Assembly: GCA_964470865.1 (NCBI GenBank)
Contig: CAYYFR010000006.1
Span: 14,676 to 78,675, forward strand
Origin: an uncultured Burkholderiales bacterium
GTDB taxonomy: Bacteria; Pseudomonadota; Gammaproteobacteria; Burkholderiales; JAEUOS01
Length of the DNA: 64,000 bases
Direction of reading: 5' to 3'
Program-made: the position numbers and the translations under genes
Part shown: positions 56,886 through 64,000 of the stretch, piece by piece
Layout: each line of letters starts with the position of its first letter
Position numbering within the stretch: the first letter of the stretch is position 1
Notes under the pieces: generated by a model
Database searches by the model: none
Told to the model about the DNA's origin: nothing
What the model saw: the letters and a program-made list of their open reading frames with translations, nothing else

Positions 56886-58436
56886 TTACGCAGCGTCCCT
56901 TTGAAACGCAGCAAGCGCGGCATAAGTGGGTTCGAGTTTAGCAGGGATGGCAGCGAAAATCGGCGCAATGCGGGCATAGAGCGCATGGGTTGCCGGGTTC
57001 GGCATGATGCGCCGCAGCGGGCTGTTGAGCAGTGCGACCACATCGCGCAAGGAACCGGCGCGACCCAGCGCCCGCACCGCGAGCAGCGCTGCGCCCTGGG
57101 CAGTCGTTTCGGGGTTTTCAGCCACCAGCAGTGGGCGTCCGAACAGGTCGGCAGCAGTTTGCAGCCAGAAGGTGGAGTGCGCAAAGCCGCCGCCGGCGAT
57201 GATTTCATCCACCGGGCCACCGGCCAATTCTTCGAGCACGCCAAGAATCAGCGCGAGGTTGAACAATACCCCCTCCATCACCGCGCGCACCAGGTGGGCC
57301 GGGCCGTGGCCGAAATTGAGCCCGATGAACGAGGCGCGGGCGTCGCCATTCCACAGTGGTGCGCGCTCGCCGGCGAGATAGGGGTGGAACAGCAGGCCCG
57401 CAGCACATGGCGGCGCCTGTTGTGCCAGGGCCGCGAGCGTGGCATAGGCGTCTGCGGCTGCGTGGTCCTGGCTGCCGGCAGGCGGCAAGCCGAGACGCAA
57501 CTGCGGGAAATTGTCGCGCAGCCAGCGTAACGGCAGGCCACCGCCGTTGGTGGCGCCGCCGATGACGAACTGCTCGGTGCCCAGCGCATAGCAAAACGTG
57601 CGCATCGCGGCGTCCGGCGCCGGCCGATCCACGGCCATGCGCAAGGCAGCGCTGGTACCAATGGTCAAAACGGCGCGGCGTCGCGCTTCGCCGGCCAGGA
57701 GACCGGCGCCCAGATTGGCCAGGCAGCCATCCGAACCTCCCAGAACGAAGGGCGTGCCGCGATGCAGGTGCATCGCAGCGGCCAGATCGGGCGCGAGACC
57801 GCGCAGCAGTGTTTCCGGCCGTGCCACTGGTGACAGGCGTGCACGGTCGATACCGGCAAGCGCCATTGCCGTCTCGCTCCAGTCGCGTTGCGCCAGGCTG
57901 TACAAGCCGCTGGCGGAGGCGATCGAATCATCGACGATCCAGCGATCGAAAAGCCGGTGGCAGATGAATTCCTTGAGCGAGACGAATTTCGCTGCGCTTG
58001 TGAAAACGTCGGGCCGCGTTTCCCTCAGCCATAGCAGCTTGACCAGCGGCGACATCGGGTGGATCGGCACACCGGTTTCGGCGTAGAGCGCATGCGCGCC
58101 GGGCGACGCGCGCAGCGTGATGGCCTGGCGTGATGCGCGATTGTCGGCCCAGGTATAGGCCGGCGACAGTGCCGCGCCCGCCGCATCCACCGCCATCAGG
58201 CTGTGCATGGCGGCGGACAGCACCACCGCCTCGATGCCCGCCGCGCCATCCATCGACAACTCGCACAGGCACTTGATCAGTGCGTTCAATACGAGTTGCG
58301 GGTCGAGTTCGGCGGCGCCGGGTTGCGGCGAATCGAGCGGGTACTCGACGGCTGCGGCAGCGCCGGTGAATTGCGCGTCGTCGAACAGCAGGGCGCGGGT
58401 GCTCGAAGTGCCGACATCGACGGCGGCGATCAGCAT
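56886..58436 (-). CDS. FGGY-family carbohydrate kinase (gluconokinase-like)
   Basis: N-terminal AVDVGTSSTRALLFD and C-terminal FGGY domain. Start at ATG 58436 avoids overlap with divergent rpe. Confidence 0.8.
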   Translation of the reverse strand: MLIAAVDVGTSSTRALLFDDAQFTGAAAAVEYPLDSPQPGAAELDPQLVLNALIKCLCELSMDGAAGIEAVVLSAAMHSLMAVDAAGAALSPAYTWADNRASRQAITLRASPGAHALYAETGVPIHPMSPLVKLLWLRETRPDVFTSAAKFVSLKEFICHRLFDRWIVDDSIASASGLYSLAQRDWSETAMALAGIDRARLSPVARPETLLRGLAPDLAAAMHLHRGTPFVLGGSDGCLANLGAGLLAGEARRRAVLTIGTSAALRMAVDRPAPDAAMRTFCYALGTEQFVIGGATNGGGLPLRWLRDNFPQLRLGLPPAGSQDHAAADAYATLAALAQQAPPCAAGLLFHPYLAGERAPLWNGDARASFIGLNFGHGPAHLVRAVMEGVLFNLALILGVLEELAGGPVDEIIAGGGFAHSTFWLQTAADLFGRPLLVAENPETTAQGAALLAVRALGRAGSLRDVVALLNSPLRRIMPNPATHALYARIAPIFAAIPAKLEPTYAALAAFQRDAA

Positions 58437-58498
58437 GGAAAAGGCGGCACGTGGCGGAAAGGTAAAATCAGGCGTTCCGCATTCTACGGCGCCTGCCT

Positions 58499-59200
58499 GT
58501 GACCTATCGCATAGCACCCTCGATTCTTTCCGCCGATTTCGCCCGCCTGGGCGAAGAAGTGCGCAATGTGCTGGCCGCCGGCGCCGATGTCGTGCATTTC
58601 GACGTGATGGACAATCACTACGTGCCCAACCTTACGATCGGGCCGATGGTGTGCGAGGCGGTGCGGCCGCATGCCCGTGCTGGCGGTGCCGCGGATGGCA
58701 ATCCTGTGCCGATCGACGTGCACCTGATGGTGCGGCCGGTGGATCGCATCGTGCCCGATTTCGCGCGCGCCGGTGCCGACATCATCAGCTTTCATCCCGA
58801 GGCCTCCGACCATGTCGACCGCACGCTCGGGCTGATTCGTGAATCCGGCTGCAAGGCCGGCCTGGTGTTAAATCCCGCCACATCGCTCGATTACCTCGAC
58901 CATGTGATGGACAAGCTCGACCTGATCCTCATCATGTCGGTCAATCCCGGATTCGGCGGGCAGAAATTCATCGCGCACGCGTTGGCCAAGTTGAAGGCGG
59001 TGCGTGCACGCATCGATGCGCACCGCGCCGCTGGCGGCCAGGAGATCTGGCTCGAGGTCGATGGCGGGGTCAAGTCCGACAACATCCGTGCCATCGCGCA
59101 AGCCGGCGCCGATACGTTTGTCGCCGGCTCGGCCATCTTCGGTGCCGCCGACTATGCAAGCGTGATCAGCGCGATGCGTGCCGAGCTGGCGGCGGCCTGA
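58499..59200 (+). CDS. rpe: Ribulose-phosphate 3-epimerase
   Basis: [17 protein letters not shown]...[12 protein letters not shown]...[14 protein letters not shown] start. Confidence 0.9.
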   Translation: MTYRIAPSILSADFARLGEEVRNVLAAGADVVHFDVMDNHYVPNLTIGPMVCEAVRPHARAGGAADGNPVPIDVHLMVRPVDRIVPDFARAGADIISFHPEASDHVDRTLGLIRESGCKAGLVLNPATSLDYLDHVMDKLDLILIMSVNPGFGGQKFIAHALAKLKAVRARIDAHRAAGGQEIWLEVDGGVKSDNIRAIAQAGADTFVAGSAIFGAADYASVISAMRAELAAA

Positions 59201-59224
59201 GGTGAGGTCTACAGCGGTTCGGGC

Positions 59225-60226
59225 TCAGTCGAGCTTGATGCCGGATTTCTGCACCAGTCTGGCGTATTTGGCCAGTTCACTCTTGAAGAATGCAGCCGCT
59301 GCTTCAGGTGTGGTCAGGCTGATCGCATTGCCCTGTTTGGCCATCGCCTCCCTGACCTCCGGTGCGGCAAACGCGGCGCTGAACGCCGCATGCAGCCGCC
59401 TGCCGTGTTCGGCTGGCAATTTCGGCGGCGCGATCACGGCAAACCAGCCTTCGACGTTGTAGTTCGGCAAACCCTGCTCGGCAATCGTCGCTATCTCCGG
59501 CGCTGCCGGGCTGCGCGTCGCGCTGCCGATACCGATGGCCCGCAAGGCACCGCTTTTCAAGTGGCCCTGGATGGTCGGCAGCGCCGAAACCGTCATCTCG
59601 ACCTGCCCGCCGATGGTGTCGGCCAGCATCGGCCCGACACCCTTGTATGGAATGTGCTTCACATCGACCCCGGCCTCGTCGACGAACATCTCGGCTGCCA
59701 GGTGCAGGATGGTGCCATTGCCGGAGGACGCATAGTTATAGGCGCCAGGCCTGGCCTTGAGGAAGGCGATCAACTCGCCGACATTGCGCGCCGGTACCTT
59801 GGCTGGATTGACCAGCAACACCATCGGCGTGGTGCCGACCACGCTGATTGGCGTGATGTCGGCCAGCGGATCGAATGGCAACGACCTGTAGACGCTGGGA
59901 TAGATCACGTGATTGTTCGACACCAGGCTGATGGTGTGGCCGTCGGGGGCCGACTTGATCATCGCGTGGGTGCCGGGAATGCCGCCCGCGCCCGGCTGGT
60001 TTTCGATTACCACGCTCTGCCCGCCGAGTGCCTTGGACAAGGCCGGCGCCAGGGTGCGGGTGATGACATCCACCCCGGAACCCGGGCCGAACGGCAGGAT
60101 GATCTTCAGCGGGCGCTCGACGCCTTGCGCCATGCTGCCCGCCGGTACGCAAATGGCGACGCAGGCCAGCATCAGGGTAGCTGCGAAGGCGGCGATTTTC
60201 GGCGACACCATTGAATTTTTGTGCAT
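59225..60226 (-). CDS. Tripartite tricarboxylate transporter substrate-binding protein (Bug/TctC family)
   Basis: Signal peptide, then PLKIILPFGPGSGVDVITR...YASSGNGTILHLA, typical of Bug-family receptors. Start at ATG 60226. Confidence 0.8.
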   Translation of the reverse strand: MHKNSMVSPKIAAFAATLMLACVAICVPAGSMAQGVERPLKIILPFGPGSGVDVITRTLAPALSKALGGQSVVIENQPGAGGIPGTHAMIKSAPDGHTISLVSNNHVIYPSVYRSLPFDPLADITPISVVGTTPMVLLVNPAKVPARNVGELIAFLKARPGAYNYASSGNGTILHLAAEMFVDEAGVDVKHIPYKGVGPMLADTIGGQVEMTVSALPTIQGHLKSGALRAIGIGSATRSPAAPEIATIAEQGLPNYNVEGWFAVIAPPKLPAEHGRRLHAAFSAAFAAPEVREAMAKQGNAISLTTPEAAAAFFKSELAKYARLVQKSGIKLD

Positions 60227-60444
60227 GACGTTCTCCCCTTGTTGGCTTGATCTTACTCGACCGCGTCGTCCGTTCGTGGCCTGGCGGGGTACCGCGCATG
60301 CGTGGCAGGTCAGATGGCTTTTTCGAATCCCGACCACAGCCCCGGCCTCACGCCTTGACCGCCTGGTTTAGCCAGTTCGCCCTGTGAGCGGCAAGCCGCC
60401 CCGAGGGGGCAACCTCCTGTCGGCTTTTTCATCTTGCGGGACTG

Positions 60445-60552
60445 ATGCGCACGATTGTTTTTATCGACGGCCACAACCTCAACCACGGCATGCTGCGCAG
60501 CTCGTACAAGTGGTTTGATCTGTTCGCGCTCGATATGAAGCCAGAAGAGTGA
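60445..60552 (+). pseudogene. 35-codon remnant of a NYN (LabA-like) domain gene
   Basis: MRTIVFIDGHNLNHGMLRSSYKWFDLFALDMKPEE* resembles the conserved N-terminus of NYN-domain proteins (..V.IDGFNLYYG.....YKWLDL.AL). It stops where the domain should continue. Confidence 0.4.
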
Positions 60553-61478
60553 TCGACTTGCCGCCCAAAGGAATACTGACTCTACGCGAGGATCTCGCGC
60601 AGCAACTGAAGGAAATGCGCGAACGGCTCGCCCGAGCCGAAGAGACGCTGTGGGCGATCCGCAACGGGCCACGCTTCGGGCACGGCCTCGGGCAAGGCCG
60701 CCCAGGCCATAAACCAGCGCGAGAGCGCCCATCTGGCCGCCCTGAGCCAGGCATTGCAGCAGTCGCACGAAGATTTGCAGACCACCCGCGAAGAGATGCA
60801 AAACTCGCAGGAAGAACTAAAATCGACCAACGAGGAACTGCAGTCGACCAACGAAGACTTGCAAAGCACCGACGAAGAGCTGACCACCTCCAAGGAAGAG
60901 ACGCAGTCGATGAACGAGGAGATGCAGACGGTCAACCATGAACTGGTGGCCAAGGTGACGGAACTGGAGCGGGCCAGTGACGACATGAAAAATCTGTTTA
61001 ACAGCACCGACATCGCCACCCTGTTCCTCGACGCCCAGCTCAAGGTGCCGCGCTTCACCGCGCAGGCTGCCAGCGTCATCCGGCTTATCCCCAGCGACAT
61101 CGGCCGGCCCATCACCGACCTGGCCACCGAACTCGACTATCCGCAGATGCCCGAGGAGGCGCGCGAAGTGCTGCGCTCGCTGGTGTCCAGGGAGCGCGAG
61201 GCCGCCGCCCGCGACGGGCGCTGGTTCGATGTGCACATCATGCCCTACCGCCCCAGAGCAATTACATCGACGGCGTGGTCATCACCTTGACCGGCATCTC
61301 CGTGGCCAAGGTACTGGAAGCCACGCTGCGCGAGGCGCTGGCAGTGTTGCAGGGCCGTTTCACCGAACAGACCGCAGAGCTGGACACCGCCCGCGCGCTC
61401 GAAACCGTGCTGAACCAGACGCAGGCGATTCTGGAACAACGCTTCAGCGCGCAGGCAGCCAAACTGAAACAGTCGTAG
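60549..61478 (+). pseudogene. Degenerate fragment of a coiled-coil/PAS signalling protein (CheR-PAS or PAS-kinase type), in three frames
   Basis: Frame 0: LREDLAQQLKEMRERLARAEETLWAIRNG, then nonsense. Frame 1 from about 60690: ...EELKSTNEELQSTNEDLQSTDEELTTSKEETQSMNEEMQTVNHEL plus a PAS-like block up to HIMPYRP. Frame 0 again from about 61257: SNYIDGVVITLTGISVAKVLEATLREA..., ending at 61478. Confidence 0.55.
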
Positions 61479-61717
61479 GCCGATTTGAGGTTCATCCGAC
61501 ATTCGAGTGGGTAACAGCGATGGCGAACGACGGGCTTGGGCATGCAACGGTTCTTGCAAGCAATGCCGCGCAGGCGGGATCGCCCGGAGAGCGTTGCCGG
61601 GGGCAGGTTTCCCGCCCGGGGTGCAGAATAGGCACGTCTGTTAGCCAAAACGCGCTGGATTTTGCCCACTCGAAAGTCTGAAGGCCCCGATTTGAAGACC
61701 CGGAAAGGGACACGGCG

Positions 61718-64000
61718 ATGAAGCTGCCCAAGCCACCCAAGCCACCCAAGCCACCCAAGCCACCCGCGCTCCCCGAGATCCCTTCGGAACGTCCGCCAGA
61801 GCCGCCCGAGCCGCCACTCTCCGCCAGCGCCCGGCTGCGCCGCCGCGCAGAATACGTCGTGAAAGCCCAGGCGCAGTCCGCCTTTGCGCCGAAATTGGTG
61901 CACGAACTGCAGGTCCACCAGATTGAACTGGAGATGCAGAACGACGAATTGCAGAAGGCACACGCCGAGACGGAAGCCGCGCTCGCGCGCTACACCGACC
62001 TCTACGACTTTGCCCCTGCGGGCTATTTCACACTTGCGCCTGCGGGTGAGATTGTCCAGACCAACCTGTCCGGCGCGCGCTTATTGGGGTTGGAGCGCGC
62101 CCGGCTCACCGGCAAACGATTGGGCGCGTTCGTGACGCCGGCCGATTTGCCGGTGTTCAATGGGTTCCTTGCGCAGGTCTTTGCCAGCGGGATCGACCAA
62201 ACCTGCGAAGTGGATCTGGCGAGCCAAGGCCTGCCGCAGCGCAGCGTACGGATCGACGCTGCGCCCTCGACCGATGGACGCGATTGTCGCTGCGTGGTGG
62301 TGAATATTACCGCGAGCAAGCTCGCTCAATTGCAGCTCAAGGAAACCGAGGAGCGTTACCGCCTGCTGGTAGAAAATGCACCGGAGGGCATTTTTCTGCA
62401 TTTCGCCGGCGTGATCGAATTTGCCAACCCGGCCATAGCCAGGATGCTGCTTGCGCCACACCCTGACGCGCTCATTGGGTGCGCCATCCTGGACCTGACC
62501 CATCCGGATGACGTTGCCGCCACCACGCAACGCCTGCGCGAGATCAGCACCGGCGCTACGCGGCCTGCTTTTGTTGACTGCCGCCTGCGCCGTTTCGACG
62601 GCGGCTGGGTCGAAGTCGAAATTGCGAGCACCTCGTTCATGCAAAGCGGCCGTCTCGCCGTCCAAACCCTGGTGGTGGACGTGAGCACGCGCCGGGCCAC
62701 CGAGGGCGAACTGCGGCGCTCGCATCAAACCTTCTACACGATGTTTCGCCTCAACTCGATGCCGGGCACCTACACCCGCTTGGCTGATGATGTGATCCTT
62801 GAAGTCAACGACGCCTGGTTGCGCCTGTTCGGTTACAGCCGCGAGGAGGTGGTCGGACGCAGCGTTTTCGATCTGGGGCTGTGGCCCGATCCGGGCACGC
62901 GCACGCCCCTGGCCGTCGCCATCGCGCGTGATGGTGCAGTGACGCTGGTCCCGGTACAGTTGCGCCGCCGCGATGGTGAACTGCTCGACATCCTGTTCTC
63001 GGCCCAGGCATTCAAGCAGGATGACGGCACCGCCTGCATGGTGACGGCGTTGCTCGATGTGACCGAAACCAGGCGTGCCGAAGAACGCCTGCGCCAAAGC
63101 GAAGCGCGCTGGCGCTTCGCGCTCGACGGTGCGGGCGATGGCGTGTGGGACATGGATGTGCCGACCAGCACGGTGTGGTCCTCCAGACGATATGGCGATA
63201 TGCTCGGCTATGCCGAGGACGAGTTCGCCACCGGGCCCGGTGAATGGGCCAGCCGCGTCCATCCGCAGGATCTGCCGTGCCTGATGGCCGACCTGCAATC
63301 GCACCTCGATGGCCAGACGGCAGCCTTCGCCAATGAACACCGCGTGCGCTGCAAGGACGGCAGCTACAAATGGATTCTTGGCCGCGGCCTGCTAATTACT
63401 CGCGATGCTGCCGGCCAGCCGCAACGCATCGTGGGCACCAACACCGACCTCACCTTGCGCAAGCAGAACGAGGAACTGCTGCGCGTGAGCGCGGACAGGA
63501 CGCGCCGCATCCTGCGCGCCGCGGCCGTAGGGCTGTGGGAATGGAATCTGTTGACCGACGCGGTGTATTTCTCGCCGGAGTGGAAGAAGCAACTCGGCTA
63601 CGCCGATGACGAGATCGCCAATCGTTTCGACGAATGGCAGAAGCGCGTCCACCCGGACGACCTCGCGCGCGTACTGGCTGCGATACAGGATTTTCGCGAC
63701 GGCCGCCTGCCGCGCTATGGCGAAGAAATGCGCATGCTCCATCACGACGGTTCCTGGCGCTGGACCTACGGCGAAGCCGACCTCGAACGCAACGACAAGG
63801 GCGAACCGGTATTGATGATGGGCAGCCAGATCGATATCACCGAGCGCAAACGGATGGCGCTGGCGCTTGCCGATTCGGAGTTGTTTGCCCATGCCACCAT
63901 CGACGCCGTCTCGGTGCACCTTTGCGTATTGGACAGAGCCGGCCAAATAGTCATGGTCAACCGGGCGTGGCGCGATTTTTCCAACCGGAACCCTGTGGAA
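61718..64000 (+). CDS. Multi-PAS/PAC sensory protein, 3' end outside window
   Basis: Frame 2 is open from ATG 61718 (GGAAAGGGA RBS) to the window end, 761 codons; it is absent from the track because no stop is reached. It has the S-box motif LVHELQVHQIELEMQNDELQKAHAE...YDFAPAGYFTL and at least four further PAS/PAC repeats (e.g. GVWDMDV...HPQDL, GLWEWNL...HPDDL). Confidence 0.85.
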   Translation, partial: MKLPKPPKPPKPPKPPALPEIPSERPPEPPEPPLSASARLRRRAEYVVKAQAQSAFAPKLVHELQVHQIELEMQNDELQKAHAETEAALARYTDLYDFAPAGYFTLAPAGEIVQTNLSGARLLGLERARLTGKRLGAFVTPADLPVFNGFLAQVFASGIDQTCEVDLASQGLPQRSVRIDAAPSTDGRDCRCVVVNITASKLAQLQLKETEERYRLLVENAPEGIFLHFAGVIEFANPAIARMLLAPHPDALIGCAILDLTHPDDVAATTQRLREISTGATRPAFVDCRLRRFDGGWVEVEIASTSFMQSGRLAVQTLVVDVSTRRATEGELRRSHQTFYTMFRLNSMPGTYTRLADDVILEVNDAWLRLFGYSREEVVGRSVFDLGLWPDPGTRTPLAVAIARDGAVTLVPVQLRRRDGELLDILFSAQAFKQDDGTACMVTALLDVTETRRAEERLRQSEARWRFALDGAGDGVWDMDVPTSTVWSSRRYGDMLGYAEDEFATGPGEWASRVHPQDLPCLMADLQSHLDGQTAAFANEHRVRCKDGSYKWILGRGLLITRDAAGQPQRIVGTNTDLTLRKQNEELLRVSADRTRRILRAAAVGLWEWNLLTDAVYFSPEWKKQLGYADDEIANRFDEWQKRVHPDDLARVLAAIQDFRDGRLPRYGEEMRMLHHDGSWRWTYGEADLERNDKGEPVLMMGSQIDITERKRMALALADSELFAHATIDAVSVHLCVLDRAGQIVMVNRAWRDFSNRNPVE
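61721..61765 (+). repeat. In-frame 9-bp tandem repeat AAGCCACCC (4 perfect + 1 degenerate unit) encoding (KPP)n
   Basis: AAGCTGCCC AAGCCACCC x4 at codons 2-16 of the PAS sensor (MKLPKPPKPPKPPKPPALPE...). Confidence 0.85.

Noticed and set aside
60322-60344. tRNA-like string TTCGAATCCCGACCACAGCC (T-loop plus acceptor-like)
   Set aside because: The 5' partner of the T-stem (TCGGG) and all other tRNA arms are absent upstream, and no CCA follows. At most it is a tRNA 3'-end scar, which cannot be supported without a search.
61502-61674. Perfect 10-bp inverted repeat TTCGAGTGGG / CCCACTCGAA 153 nt apart (MITE-like?)
   Set aside because: Back-of-envelope estimate: about 64,000 x 200 position pairs x 4^-10 gives roughly ten such pairs by chance in this window. 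There are no target-site duplications or further terminal similarity.
62081-63340. 419-aa minus-strand ORF (and 63392..63946, 184 aa)
   Set aside because: It is antisense to the multi-PAS sensor, whose sense frame carries clear PAS/PAC motifs. The composition is Arg/Ala/Gly-rich, typical of shadow ORFs in GC-rich DNA.

Overview
GC-rich, densely coding chromosomal segment with about 58 protein genes on both strands. Gene content and local synteny suggest a betaproteobacterium; this is inference, since no search was possible. Most genes are core housekeeping: htpG (5' partial), an amidase, the LexA-box-controlled error-prone polymerase cassette imuA-imuB-dnaE2, a PrsT-like TPR lipoprotein, a MoxR ATPase/VWA pair, two monohaem cytochromes c, a PP2C phosphatase plus Hanks kinase next to yicC-gmk-rpoZ-spoT, qor, ogt, xerD, ybaK, prkA-yeaH-spoVR, folB, plsY, tsaD, czcCBA, rpsU-yqeY, rluE, clpS-clpA, fccAB, xthA, prlC, folD, rpe, a Bug/TctC binding protein and a 3'-truncated multi-PAS sensor. 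I recognised no rRNA, tRNA, CRISPR array, transposase or phage integrase. Unusual content: (1) a hicAB toxin-antitoxin pair plus a MazE-like remnant sit between imuB and dnaE2; an unannotated 59-aa membrane-type ORF lies directly behind the LexA box. (2) A cold-shock gene carries an in-frame TAG, and a DUF2277 gene has its ATG out of frame. (3) There are three clear non-coding tandem-repeat arrays (24-bp, 13-bp and 10-bp units) and one in-frame 9-bp repeat. (4) czcCBA is inserted into the normally divergent tsaD/rpsU locus. (5) Two tandem small secreted lysine-rich proteins are present, one absent from the ORF track. (6) A 1.5-kb stretch of gene fragments (60.2-61.7 kb). (7) An unexplained 494-bp AT-richer region upstream of prkA with a thrice-repeated decamer. 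No obviously novel multi-gene system stands out; the SOS-cassette architecture is the most interesting candidate. All family assignments come from motif recognition by eye, not from database searches.
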